This document shows, one piece after another, positions 24,488 through 39,300 of a stretch of DNA of 64,000 nucleotides. The position numbers were made by a program, and so were the translations under genes. Numbering within the stretch: the stretch's first letter is position 1; each line of letters opens with the position of its first letter. The notes under the pieces are model-generated. The model was not told the DNA's origin. It did no database searches and was given only the letters and a program-made list of their open reading frames with translations. This stretch comes from Octopus sinensis (lineage: Eukaryota): positions 47,492,001 through 47,556,000 of the forward strand of contig NC_042998.1 in the NCBI RefSeq assembly GCF_006345805.1, given 5' to 3'.

Positions 24488-24974
24488 AGTTGAAATTGAT
24501 AGAAAAACAAAAGACAAAAATAGGTGCAGGAACAACAAGCAAGTGTATTAGTTTGACCAATCGGAAAAATACATACATACATACATACATATATACATAC
24601 ACAAACACATACAATCTTATATACATGTACGCAGGATTATATGTGTATGTTACTGGGATGCGTGTATGTAAATATTTAGATAAATGAACAACTTTCCCGT
24701 CACTGATGCTACGCTCCATTTACGTTGGGGTTACATCTACCTGGCAAATACCTTCCTGATTGAAGTAGAAATGCGTTGTGAGAGTACACACACCTACGAG
24801 CGCGAGCACGCACACATATATACATATTAAAATATGAATATATATGTATACACATATTATATACTTACACACACACACACTCGTGTATATAATTTATCTA
24901 TCTACCTACCTACCTACCTATCTATCAATCTATCCGTCCATCTAAATATATATATACCTGTCTGTCTAATATAT

Positions 24975-25006
<32 letters not shown>

Positions 25007-25056
25007 ATATATATATATATGTGTGTATATATATATTAGACAGACAGATATATATA

Positions 25057-25125
<69 letters not shown>

Positions 25126-25135
25126 TAGACCAGAC

Positions 25136-25173
<38 letters not shown>

Positions 25174-25351
25174 CAGACAGATATATAATATATATTATTA
25201 TATTATATAGATATATATATATATTATATATATAATATATATATATATGTATATATATATTAGACAGACAGATATATATATATATATATATATAGATATA
25301 ATGTATATATATATATTCGACATACATATATATATAATATAATATATATAG

Positions 25352-25386
<35 letters not shown>

Positions 25387-25400
25387 TAGATAGATAGATT

Positions 25401-25437
<37 letters not shown>

Positions 25438-25561
25438 TGATAGATAGATAGATATAATTATAGGGGAATATTAAATTACATTGCGAAAGATATATCATAA
25501 ACAATTCAAAATTATTTACCAATATATCATTGGCTAGAACATGCAATCAAAAAATATTTTC

Positions 25562-25858
25562 ATAAAAGAAGTGTATGTAATTGTGAATAAATCATAGTTA
25601 TAACGGAGAAGTTTGCGAAAACCCTTACATGTCTAGAAATAGCAGTCAAAACCGCTATAAAACCACTATAACCACTCATATTATATCCCTTCACAATAGA
25701 GGTGTCGGCGGGCGACATGACATAAAATTCAAAACTTAAATAAAAGGGTAGTCCTCTATAATATGAGTGGTTACAGTAGCTTTATAGCGGTTTTGGTTAC
25801 TATTTCTAGACATGTAAGGGTTTTTGCAACATTCACAATTATACATACTTCTTTCATA
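25562..25858. mobile_element. MITE with ~100-bp imperfect terminal inverted repeats
   Basis: AAGAAGTGTATGTAATTGTGAAT...AAACCCTTACATGTCTAGAAATAG...AAAACCGCTATAAAAC...ACCACTCATATTATA is mirrored by TATAATATGAGTGGT...TTTATAGCGGTTTT...CTATTTCTAGACATGTAAGGGTTT...ATTCACAATTATACATACTTCTT. Confidence 0.85.
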
Positions 25859-26743
25859 CACGGTGCGATGGATAAATTGTCCCCATTTTACAATTTTAAT
25901 TTGCGCATGCGCATTATTCGTTTTTGATTTTACTCGACTACACAGATTGTAGGGTCAGTTGGGTACCGTCTGTGAGAAAAAACAGCACCATGACGTAATT
26001 CATTCTGCCAGAAATTTGGAAACGACATGCTGTACTGCTTGGCATTCGCGCCGGAAGCTCCAATACGAACATCTGAGAGTGTTTGAGTGTCAATCTGAGG
26101 ACATGATAATCTGAGGTCATGACAATCTGAGAGTGATAAAAATCAAATATCCAGTCAACATCAGGGTGTTTGGAGTGATCACTAATGATGGTTACGTTAC
26201 ACCTCCATGCATCTTCCCACACGGCTCCACACTCAATACGGAAGCGTACATCAAGTGCCTGGAGGAGGTAGTGCTGCCGTGGGTGAAGAGGGTGGCTACT
26301 GAAAGACCCTATGTCTGGCGACAGGACTCTGCACCATGCCTCACGAGCAGAAGAACCCAGTCATGGCTGCCAGTCAATTTCTGCGACCATGTCACCCTTA
26401 ACATCTGGCCAGCTAACTCCCAGATTGCAATCCCCTTGACTACTATGTGTGGGGCGCAGTTGAGCGAGAGACCGACAAAACTCCTTGTAACACCAAAGAT
26501 GAACTGAAGGCAAAGATTATGGCAGCATTTACCAATTTAAATAAGGAGAGCGTCCAGAAGAGTTGCAGGAAATTCCGAAGTCGTCTGGAGGCTGTGTTTG
26601 AAGTCAATAGCGATTTTATTGAATAAATTTATTCTTTAGTATTTCAAGATATGTTTATGTAATTTTAGTAAATATATCTGTTAAAATGAGATGTCAGTGT
26701 CATTTTTTATTTTTGCGTATTTAGACCACAGTTTATTCACCTG
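25859..26743 (+). mobile_element. Internally deleted Tc1/mariner (maT/DD37D-like) transposon
   Basis: TIR CACGGTGCGATGGATAAATTGTC after TA; ORF with VFGVI..DG...N...YI..LE.V.LPW...QDSAPC..S..TQ.WL...WP.NS; degenerate 3' TIR GACCACAGTTTATTCACCTG followed by TA. Confidence 0.9.
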
Positions 26744-27157
26744 TATATATATTGGACAGAGAGATAGATAGACAGATATTTTCGCATCTGTTTGCAGAGA
26801 CGTCTAAAGACTATTTTACTTATCGATATAGTAACTATGTAAGTTTGTGTGTTTTATCACATTTAATACTTAATACTTTCAATTTTGTCATCCTGCTCCT
26901 TTTTGCGTATACAGGATGTCAGTAGGTCTTCTCGGTGTCAAATCAACAAAAGATTAAATAGCGAAAACCTGAAAGAAGAGCCCTTGTAACATAATCACAC
27001 GGTTTCCGGTGAATTTAATAAAGGCTTCACACGCAACCCTATTCGAATGATGGCCAGATTCTTTCTTGATTTAGTATTGAAGCTATTACTGCACAGCAAT
27101 GATATCTGCTCGCATACACCCTTACTGTCCTTTTGCTAAGACACAAATATATATATA

Positions 27158-27420
27158 AAGGTAAAGGTAAAGTTACCTTTCCGAGTCATGCTAACTCATA
27201 AGGGCCGGTTTCCCGCTTTCCACGGCGTATATATTCTCCACCTGGATGGGACGTCGGTCCGTCACAGGGTTATTCATTTTTGTCAGCTGAGTAGACTGGA
27301 GCAACTTGAAATGAAGTGTTTTGCTCAAGAGCACAACGCGTCGCTCGGTCCAGGAATCGAAACTACAATCTTGCGATTATGAGTCCAATACCCTAACCTC
27401 TAAACCACTTACCTGTGTGT
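27158..27420 (-). mobile_element. Family B tRNA-derived SINE
   Basis: Reverse complement of the 28783-29030 copy; (TAAAGG)n tail. Confidence 0.85.
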
Positions 27421-27570
27421 GTTTGTGTGTATATACTTGCGTGTGTGTGTATGTGTGTTAATTTATCTACACACACACACACACACACACAAACACATAT
27501 ATATGGAACTGTGTAGTGTGTAGTATATTGTTTAGAAACTGTTTAATTATTATTATTAATAATGATAATA

Positions 27571-27769
27571 ATCCTTTCTACTAAAGGCTCAAGGCCTGGA
27601 ATTGGGGCGGGGGTGGATAGTCGATGACATCGACCCCAGAACTCAACTGGTACTTATTTTATCGATCCCGAAAGGACGAAAGGCTAAGTTGATCTCGGTG
27701 GAGTTTAAACTTAGAACGTAAAAATTGACTATGTAAGTTTTTTGCCCGGCAATTCTGCCAGCTCACCTA

Positions 27770-27818
<49 letters not shown>

Positions 27819-28077
27819 GAAGAAGAAGAAGAAGAAGAAGAGAAGAAGAAGAAGAAGAAGAAGAAGAAGGTGAGCTGGGGGGAACCGTTAGCCCGTCGGA
27901 CATAATGTTTAGTAGTATTTCATCCGTTATTACAAACTGAGTTCAAATTCCGCCGAGGTGGACTTTACCTTTAGTTCTCCAGGGTCGACAAAATAGGTAC
28001 CAGTTGAACACTAGGGTGGATGTAATTGACTTACCTCCTACCCGATCTTGCTAGCCTTGTGCCAAAATTTAAAATCA
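27571..28077. mobile_element. Inverted pair of family A SINEs (27571-27768 on -, 27867-28077 on +) around (TAA)n(GAA)n
   Basis: Family motifs in opposite orientation, ~100 bp apart. Confidence 0.8.
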
Positions 28078-28782
28078 TTATTATTATTATTAATAATAAT
28101 AATTTTATAGAAATATGAATCATTTCCCATCAGGCTTCAAAACATGGTGCTTCGACAGAAGTTGCAAATTCCATGAAACCACAAAGTCACTCATTTCCTG
28201 ATGCTAAAAAAAGCTATTATCAAACGCATTTAGACGGCGAAAGAGGAGTAAATGACACTTAAATTTGTAGCTGATGCTTTATTTTTCATGTATATGTGTG
28301 TATGTAACCATATGTGAGTGTGTGTTTGTGTGTATGTGTGCGTGTTGCAATTATTGGATTTAATGTTATCTGTTGTCATTGTTTATACACGACTATGTTT
28401 TTACCAGAAAAACACACTTAAAGTGCTTCACAAACAACTTGTGGTAGTATTGATGGATTGATAGTAGCTATTTGAAATGTATTCTTAGCTGTTTTGAATG
28501 AGTTTTGAATTGTGTTGTAGAGCAATGGATCTTAGGTGGTTGTGCACTCTTGCGGGACGTGTGAGATCACCAGTCTTATTTTATCGGTGTCTTTTTGTCG
28601 AGCCGCTGGTTGATGAGAACGTTAATGGGCCAACCCAAGTTGTCTAGCGACGCTGGGAACGCACACACACACACACACACACACACACGTATTGGAGCCG
28701 CTAGCGTGAATGCCAAGTAGTACAGCATATCGTTTCCAAATTTCGGGCCGAGTGAATTGCATCATTATATTATATTATATGT

Positions 28783-29030
28783 GGAGGCGCGTGGCTTAGT
28801 GGTTAGGGTGGCAGCATCATGATCGAAAGATTGTGGTTTCGATTCCTGGATCGGGCGACGCGTAGTGTTCGTGAGCAAAACACTTCATTTCACGTTGCTC
28901 CAGTCCACTCAGCTGGCAAAAATTAGTAACGCTGCGATGGACTGGCGTCCCGTCCAGTTGGGGAACACATACTCCACAGAAACCGGGAAACCGGGCCCAT
29001 GAGCCTGGCTAAGCTTTAAAAGGGCACTTT
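28783..29030 (+). mobile_element. Family B tRNA-derived SINE, near full length
   Basis: A box TGGCTTAGTGG, B box GGTTTCGATTCC, central CACTTCATTTCACGTTGCTCCAGTCCACTCAGCTGGC, then GCGATGGACTGGCGTCCCGTCCAG. Confidence 0.9.
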
Positions 29031-29344
29031 TATTTTATTTTATTATATTATATATGCACGACGGTCTTCTTTCAGTTTCCGCCTACCAAATTCTCTCACA
29101 AGAGTTCGGTCGGCCCAGGCTAATAGTGAAAGACACCTTGCCAAGGTGTCACGCAGTGACACATGGGCTATGTCTTCTACTATAGCCACAAGTTTGGGAA
29201 GCATGCTTCTTACTACACAGCCACGTCTGCCTTGATATATTTACCCTTTTATTATAAAAAGTCACTCTATGAAAGTGAGTGTTGAGAACCAATGTTGTAC
29301 ATTACGTTGCATTTTAGGAGTCATTGTAAGTAAAAAATAGAAGT

Positions 29345-29580
29345 TCATCCCCGAGTCATGTAGGCTCAAAGGGCAGGTTTCTTGCTTTCCATGGTGTATA
29401 TATTTCCTACCTGGACGAGACGCCGGATCGTAGCAGGATTACTCATTTTTGCCAGGTGAGTGGACCGGAGCAACATGAAATGAAGTGTTTTGCTCAAGAA
29501 AGCAACGCGTCACCCGGTCCAGAAATCGAAACCATAGTCTTACGATCCAGCATCCTAACCACTAACCCTCGCACCTCCAC
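29345..29580 (-). mobile_element. Family B SINE
   Basis: Reverse complement of the 28783 copy. Confidence 0.85.
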
Positions 29581-31287
29581 ACAAGTCATTGACAGATTTG
29601 AATTATTACTAATTTTATTATTAATGCTACTTGCATATAAATTCACCAAACAGGATGCAGCTAAATATGTCATGCAACTTGCTATCAATTGAGCCAAATC
29701 TACGAGCTTGTATGACATTAAATTTATTTGTGTTGCTACTGCTGTTGTTGATATTGTTTAGCGCCAGGTCAACGGTGATTGAGCAAACCTGCAATCAAAA
29801 GCGATCCGACCATGACCATCCTGTCCTCTTCAGTCACCATGTACTTAACGGTACCCAAAGTTATTTTAGATATTGATTTCAAATGTTGACACAAGGCCAG
29901 CAAATTTAATGGAGGAGATAAGTCGATTACATTTATCCCAGTGTTCAACTGGTATTTATTTTTATCGACCCTGAATGGTTGAAAGACGAAGGCGACCCAT
30001 CGCTTTTATTGTTTCATACATAAATTAAAGAAACGGCTTGAAACACCTCGTTGTTTCATAATTTGGCTATTTATTTACAAAGTCATCGTACTTTACGTTT
30101 TAAGGTGTTAGGAAAGGGAATCGGTGGCTGTCATACATTTTCCAGTTGTACCATTGACGTGAATGAATAGTAAACGATTTCTGATGAGAATCTAAAGAAC
30201 TAGAAGGAATTACCGAACTGCTGTGAAATTACCAGTAGATTCAGATTTGTTGAAGCTCTTGTTGTTTTACCTGAGGTTGGCTTTATTGAATAGTCCTACT
30301 TTTCAAAAGCAATTCTACCTGAACTGAGGGAAATTTAGTTGCTACCTTACATAGGTTGCTTCGTCACTTAGTGGTTCCCTCAAAGATTGGATTAGGATTT
30401 GATATATGTCATTAACATGATTTTTTATCGTTGGCTCGAACGAGCGGCATTTCGTTCGTCTTTACGTTCCGTGTTCAAATTTCGCCCGGGTCGACTTTGT
30501 CTTTCATTCTTTCGGGGTCTATAAAATAAGTAGCAATTGTGCACTGAGGTCAATGTAGTTGACTTACCATTTCACCCAAAATATCAGGTTTGTGCCAAAA
30601 TTTGAAATCATTATTATTGTCTGTAGTATATAACGGTTTTAGGTAGGGTGGTCGACGATGTTATTTGGGAAACTATATCACATGACTATATGAAAGCAGT
30701 TTTAGTCACTGGTTGCTTAGTATAACAACATATTCTTAATCTGTGTAAACATATTTCCGGTCAGAGCATTAAATATTAACTGGATTCAACGAGTTTTTTT
30801 TTTTTCTCGGGGGTTCTGTCAGCTAGAATCCGTTAAGATTTTTTACTACCACCTAATTTTTCAAAGAACTTTAATATATGTTTTTTCTTCACTCTTATCT
30901 TCGTAGTATGAAATTTGTCATTGACGTAAATTTTAAATGTCTTCTAACCGTACTGTCAACATCTTTTTCATATCCTGTTTATCGCCCCTCCTTCTCCTTC
31001 TCATCATCATCAATCTCATCATCATCATCATCATCGTCGTCGTCGTCGTCGTCGTCATCGTTATCGTCGTTGTCATTGTCGTGGTCACCATCACAAGCAC
31101 TACCACCGCTACCACTACAGTTTTTCATGATCATGATCATGACGAGTAACGTTCAAAACGGTCACTGGGCATGCTAGAAATAACAGGCAAAGCTCCCTCA
31201 AATTAGGTCTTACCGTCTTTAGAAACAAAAGGATTACTTTAAATAATATAGCTGTAGTTATAATGTCTAACAAATAAGTAGCATAAC

Positions 31288-31326
<39 letters not shown>

Positions 31327-31989
31327 AAGACGGGATGGTCTCGGCAGGAAACCATTTGATGACAGGTTTGCCTGATCAGGGTCGATTTGGACCAAGTAGC
31401 AGTAACATCATCATCATCATCATCGCCATGTTAGTCACTTGCTTATGGCAACTATAATCAGGATGTTCATGATTAACACGGTCATCGTTATGATAAAAAT
31501 CTCCACTACCACCACCACTACCACAACCGTCATCATCATCATCATCCTCATCATCATTATCATCACCATAATCATCTCCACTACTCCCATCCTAGATTCT
31601 TCTTTCCATTTTCATTCCCTTTCCCCTCCCTTTTTACCGTCATCATAATTATCGTTTTTTTTTTTTTTTTTCCTTTTATAGTGATTCTTCTGTTGTATGT
31701 AAATCAAAAAAAAAACTCGAAATACGAATACCTCAACACTCCCTCCACTCCCTAACACACCGTGGATCTTCTCATCGCATCGAAACTCAACAACTAAATT
31801 TCTTAGAACTCCTGCAGTAGCTTATGCAGAAGAAAAAAAACACTGCCTTCTAGACAGTACCTAGCTTCATTATAATTATACTGAGATTTCAAATTCCAGC
31901 CGAACTGAAATAGTTCTGTAATTTTATTCCCGTCATTTTAATTACCTACGTAATTATTCTACCTCTCTCCAAAGCCTGTATGTTCCTAC

Positions 31990-32067
<78 letters not shown>

Positions 32068-32229
32068 TAATATGAGGGAATATTATTCCAAACTTACAGG
32101 GAAAAATTCAATTTAGAAATACTAAATCAAATTTCACAAAATATAATATATACATATATAATATATATATATGAATTAGAAAATAATGAAAAATTAAATT
32201 ATACCATCTAGAAAATTACATATTATAGT

Positions 32230-32276
<47 letters not shown>

Positions 32277-32774
32277 GTTACTATGTATATATATATACAC
32301 ACACATACTACTCTTGCTCTTGGCGTCGTCGTCGTCGTTGTCATCGTCACCAATCTGTTTTCAATATTGCTGTCAATGTTGTAGTTGCTAATGTTGTTAT
32401 GCTTGTTGTTGCCAATTATATTATTGTTGTCAATGTTGTTGTTAAGGTAAGCACTTGACACTGAAGTTGACAGGTTTTTTTTTTTTGTTAGCTAAATGTT
32501 ATTTGTTGTATTAAATGTACAAACTGCTGTTGAAGTTGTTGCTGTCGTCGTTGTGCTTGTTGTTGTTGTTGTTGTTGTATAGAAAATTCAGTTTTTGTTA
32601 TTGGGACATCTATTATCATTACAGTCATTTCCGTTTTTATTATTGTTGTTTTCGTAGTCGATGTAGCTTATATTGTGATTTAAAAAAAAAAAACGTTTTC
32701 CAAGTGCGAAAATAAAAATTCAACGAGCGATTAAACGATTAGAGTAAGTGTAAACACACACACACATACACACA

Positions 32775-32817
<43 letters not shown>

Positions 32818-33132
32818 TAGTATGTATGATGACGATATTCCGGAGTTGAGTTAATCGAGTTCAATCTCATAAAGGGAAATCATAAAGCCTCACTTCCGAT
32901 TGTTTTATTCAGGTTCTGTTTGTGTGATAACATTTGAAATTAGGATATGTATATCCTGCAGTTAGCGGCACCTTTTGGTGGGAAACCGCCGAGTGAGTGG
33001 CTAAAATATTTTTGCTTCTCTACATTCACTTGCTTGATGGGCTGATTATATTCTTGCGAAGAAATTTAATTGGTAACATATAAAGATTGAAAGAGCGGTG
33101 CGAGCACATGTCACAATGCACAAACGTTTCAA

Positions 33133-33913
33133 GTGTGAGACCGTGTGGAAAGATGAATGGAGGCATAACATCGATATCACTAGTGATCACTCCAAACACC
33201 ATGATGCTGACTGGATGTTTGATTTTTATCACTCTTGGTACGTGTTTTCGGGAAACGGCAAGCCAACGGTTGTTCTGTGTGTTCCCTATCTGATCCTGGC
33301 AGAAATTTTTCTCGTCTGAGAAAAACCAAAGCATGTGCAGTTGGAGGGGATGCTTGAGTTCGTTCAAAAATCTTTGTATGGCGGTCTTTTCTTTTGTCCT
33401 TGATGGCTTGGGATAAAAATTAGCCCTTTCTCATCTTGTATGAAGAATACTGAATGTCTTCATGCACTACCTCCCTGATAAGAAGCTCAGACATTCTCAT
33501 GTTCCTGGCGATGGACCTGATTGTCTTGGAGAGATCGTTGTCAATCATGGTTTGGATCTCACCAACAAATCAAAGAGTTCTTTTCTTATCAGAATGATCA
33601 GGGTGAGTTTTTCGAGCTGCCGTACCTTTGTAATCACCATTAGACTTATCCAGCTCTTCCGAATCTTTAGCACTGTCCTCAGACTGACACCCTAACACTC
33701 TGAAATGTTCGTATTGGAGCTCCCAGTGCGTATGCCAAGCAGTACAATATGTCGTTTCCAAATTTCTGGCTGAGTGAATTCCATCATGGTGCTGCTTTTT
33801 CTCACAGACGGTGCCCATCTGATCCTACTATACTGTGTAGTCGACAAAATCAAAAACAAACAATGCGCAAAATTAAAAATGTAAAATGGTGACAGTTTAC
33901 CCATCGCACCCTG
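33133..33913 (-). mobile_element. 5' half of a maT/mariner transposon, same family as 25859-26743, 3'-truncated
   Basis: TIR complement GACAGTTTACCCATCGCACCCTG followed by TA; translation WFFSDEKNFCQDQ..NTQNNRWLA...VPRVIKIKHPVSIMVFGVITSD.DVMPPFIFPHGL. Confidence 0.9.
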
Positions 33914-35815
33914 TATACACAAGTCTTTCAAATGGTGAATAGCGTCCAAACTTTTCACCTTTCCTTCGTTACTAATGAAATTGGTGTGACATGCAAAAAT
34001 GTAAATGGAAATGGGAAGAAGAGACCTAGTTTCAATGCGTGCAGGAGAAGGAATTTTGTTAAAGGTACTCGTCTCCAAAACAGTGATGTTAAACGGTGTA
34101 GTGTGTTAGGTCTACATATTTAGGACAAAATATATTTTATTGTTATGTTAACATGAATATATTTATGTTTAGCTTTAAAAAACGTCAAGTTTCTGATTAG
34201 TCAAGCAGAAAATATTTTACATAAATAATAAACACATATATATTCCACTCGCCTTTATGCTTTTATTTTTTCCTACTGAGTCGGAAAAGGTTTGCATACT
34301 TTGTAACTTTTGATTTCTTGCTTGAGAAAAACATGAATATCAATAATTCTGATGTATTCAAGTAATGATATTATTTCATTTACAATGTAAGATATTTGTA
34401 TGATGTTTTTTCTTTATTATCATTGACGCAATGCAACTAGATAGTTTGAAGAAAAGGTCAAAGTCGATTAAATCAGGTGATTTTATCTGACTAGTCCATA
34501 TTTTAACAACCCGCACGGAGATCACTTCTGGCAAAAGCCCATCCTCAACAGAAGCTTTCTCTTCGAATCCAGAAGAAACTTCAGCCCCAAACAATAACTG
34601 ATAGTTTACAAAGCTCAGGTAAATTAAAGCCCACAATGTAATATTGCTCTCGCAGCTGGGACTGTGATGCTATTGCAAACAACAGCGTCACAGACTGCAT
34701 TGAGAAAGGGGTCCCCCACTGGTTGACTTAAGTAACCCACAGAAGCCTCTGGGCGTCAAGTGTGCTACCGCCTTTCTCTACAGCTACAATAAAAAAACAT
34801 CTGCTTTGTGAAGCTGGCTCAGGTATATGCCCTCTTCACCCAGTTGTCCGATCTGCCTTTTCCACTTTCATGAGCCTTGTGTGTACCATATCCTAGGTTC
34901 ATACTAATCAATACATCCTGTCTGTCCTCAGAACGCCGGTACTCGGGAGCTCTCTCCCTTTACAAAGGTTCAAAGCAAACGTTAATTGCATTCATCTCAT
35001 TCGTCTAGGCGACTTTCATCAGGCCACGTTAGAGAATTAAAAAAAAACTGGTGGGATGTAGCAAGTTTGATTCCATTGAAATTTTGGTCAGAATATAAAT
35101 TAATATGATTAATTCCGTTATTTTGTTCACCGCTGTCTTATTCTGTCATCCACCAACTGTTGGTTCATTAATGATTTATTAAATGGTCCTTAATTTATAT
35201 TACCGATCTTACCCTCAAATATATATATATATATGTAGTAATAAGAAAGGTAGAAAACGTAATTGGTATTTTTAAGTTATATAATAAGCATGTATATCAT
35301 ATAGGTGTGTGGGTGTATACACACACACACGGAAATGTTCGATTATTATAGTTCTAAAAAATACTGGTTATATTTTCTGAGTGTCTTATTACTGTTTAAG
35401 GTGCTCCAACTCTGCATTCTAGCCTATTGTTTTACACTGCGTAAAATATAGGAGTTGCAATAGGAATTGATTACCAAGCCTAAAAAACTGGCAAGGTGGC
35501 GTGTATTCCAGCACACCTTTGTGTGTATGGATATTGTCTATATATAATTTATGAACTTTCATGTGCTGATACACAGATACGCACACATTTAAGAAAAAAT
35601 GTCAATGTTTGATTAAAGAAACGATTCAAAATGTTATATATATATATATTTACGACGGCTTCCACACAGTTCCACCTACCAGGTCTTTTCACGAAGCATT
35701 GGTCGGCCTTTGACGACTGTAGAAGTCACTTGCTTAAGGTGTCGCGTACTGAGACTGAATTTGAAACCACGTGGCTGGAGAGCGAGCATCTTAACCACAC
35801 TGCAATACGTTCGCC

Positions 35816-35867
<52 letters not shown>

Positions 35868-35959
35868 TGTGCGTGTGTTTATGAATATGTGTAGATGTGT
35901 GTTTGCGTGTGTAATAAATATTCATAGTGTACTCGTTTCAATGAGTAGTAGTAATGTGG

Positions 35960-36009
<50 letters not shown>

Positions 36010-36205
36010 AATCATTGAGGGTAGCAAAAAATTCTAAAAATTTATCGCTACAACGTTTTTAAATTTTCACCTTATTTCCGAATTGCACTACTGGCGGTTT
36101 GAGTTCTGGCTGCTCTTCTGGTGGACGAATGGCCTGTTTAGGCCTTCCTAAATTGTTATATATATATATATATATATATATAATAATATATATATATATA
36201 TATTA

Positions 36206-36540
36206 TGTTTCAGTCATTTAACTGTGGTCATGCTGGAGCACCGCCTTTAGTCGAGCAAATCGACCCGGGACTTATCTTTGTAAGCCAGTACTAGCTATCG
36301 GTCTCTTTTGCCGACCGCTAAGTGACGGGGACGTAAACACACCGCATCGTTGTCAAGCTATGCAGGGGACAAACCAGACACACAAACACATACACACACC
36401 ACTTATGTATATATATATACGACAGGCTTCTTTCAGTTTCCGTCTACCAAATCCACTCACAAGGCATTGGTCGGCCCGGGGCTATAGCAGAAGACACTTG
36501 CCTAAGATGCCACGCAGTGGGACTGAACCCGGAACCAAGA
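36206..36540 (-). mobile_element. Family C SINE
   Basis: Nearly complete family C motifs. Confidence 0.85.
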
Positions 36541-36824
36541 ACCTATAATCCTTTAGAGAGATGCTAGCATCCTAATTCTCCAGTTTATATTAGTGTTCAG
36601 TAAAAACCAAATATATCAGTTTTGCCTTGATATATATATATATATAGGTATTTAAAATACTTAGGAATGAGAAAAGGAAGAAAATAGAGAAATTATAATA
36701 ATTTCTTTTTCAAAGATAATTCAAATACCATATAATGACATTCCTGGGATTTGAATATCACTGAATAAAGTGACATCTGTATGTCTCCCTTTTCTTCCTT
36801 TCCTCATTCATCTGTGGTGTGTGT

Positions 36825-36856
<32 letters not shown>

Positions 36857-37528
36857 GTGTGTGTAATAGATCTGGATATGTGCGAGTCCGAGTACATTTG
36901 CTTGTGCGCATGTCCAAAAAAAACCTTGACCGTTTTGATTTAACCATACGTTTACAATGTAATCAATCTCCTCTACAGTGTTGAGACTGAAGATAAATAT
37001 TATTATAATAACCAACTTACTCGTCAGACATGTGATGTGTGGGTATGGGAAATGAGGTGATGTTTTTTGTCAATTTTACTTACTTTCGACGAATATTAAC
37101 GATAGCGATGCATGTGATAAGTACGAGGTTGGTTATGGTGACGTTGAGTAGGACTTGTCATCAAAAGTATTCCAGCGGTGGCCATCATGTCTTTTTGCGT
37201 AATCACAATGAAATCGAAATCCTGAAACTGCCCCAAAATACGACAGTCTAAAGTTTCAACTTGAGACTGTTACAGTCACCTCTCTCACACAGATAGACAC
37301 ACAGATGTATACATACATACATACATACATACATACATACATACATACATACATACATACATACGTGTGTATAAGTACATAAAATAAGGAGTTGTAGAAG
37401 TAAGAATATTTTTAATAGCAGTACAGTGGTACATAACATATCTATCATTATTTACATCATCCACTTCTTATATCTTACATGTAAGTATATATATATATGT
37501 GTGGTGTGTGTGTGTGTGTGTGTGTGTG

Positions 37529-37566
<38 letters not shown>

Positions 37567-37653
37567 GCAAATATTAGTAAGTTAGATAATCTGTATAAGA
37601 TATATATATTATATATATATATATACATACATATATATATAATATAAATATTA

Positions 37654-37688
<35 letters not shown>

Positions 37689-38789
37689 AGGCAAAAACCT
37701 GGGTTTCACTATATGTCACAATCTGACAAGTGCTACTGATAAATTTAACTTTCCTCTTTAGAGCAAAACTGACTCATCTTTCCGCAATAGTGGAATCTCT
37801 ACAAAGTTGAAGGGCCCTCCACAATGGCATGCAGCTGATATATTTGTGATGACATTCTAGTACACTCTAAAGTTGTTTTTTTTCCTGCAGTGACATCTGC
37901 TGAAAACCTATTGGAGGCCGAACTCCGGTCGGCAGGACTTTTTGAAAGGCACACCAGACGACAGTTCACCTTGAATGTTTTTAGTCATATGTACCACCTG
38001 TTGATGAGTCATATCTCTGTGCAGCCTGCTCCTCGAGAATGGTTGTCCATGCTCGCGCTACGATGTCAGAATATCAATTAGAAATAATAGGCAAATCACA
38101 TTCAAATGCTATTAAAAAATGAATATAATATTGGAAAATATAATTTCCGATATTTGGATGGAAAATGCGCGAGAGAAACGAGACGGAACAGAAGTGAACG
38201 ATTAAGATATTCTTATAAGTTACCTCCCGTGACCTGTGTATTTATTTCGAAATTCTGTGCAGACACCTGTAAACTCTAATATTCTTATCCAAAATGGAGA
38301 CGAGTGCCAACACTTCCATACAGCACGCTTGGACAAAACAGTTATAAAAATTTCTTCACATGCATGAAACCATTGGTTGACTTGCTAACCCGCAAATACT
38401 GTATACATATACATGTGTGTGTGTGTGTATGTGTGTGTGTTCATGTGTGTGTGTGTGTGTGTTCGTGTGTGTGTGTGTGCGTGTGAGTATTTCTACTTTC
38501 CAATAGCAGGGCAAACAACATTTTTAGTTTAAAATTAATATACATGTAATATCTGATATTCATAAAGACCGGCTACTTGTCAGCGTGAATTAACAGGTAT
38601 CCTTTCATCTGGATTCTCTTACAAAGGACAACATACGTACAGAGCAAAATATTTATTAGTAGATATAACAAAATAATGAAACTTCATTTTCATTTATTTA
38701 TGACCATACATACATACATACATACATACATACATACATACATACAAACATGAATCTTACAGACGCATGCATCTATTATCTATTCTTTT

Positions 38790-39300
<511 letters not shown>

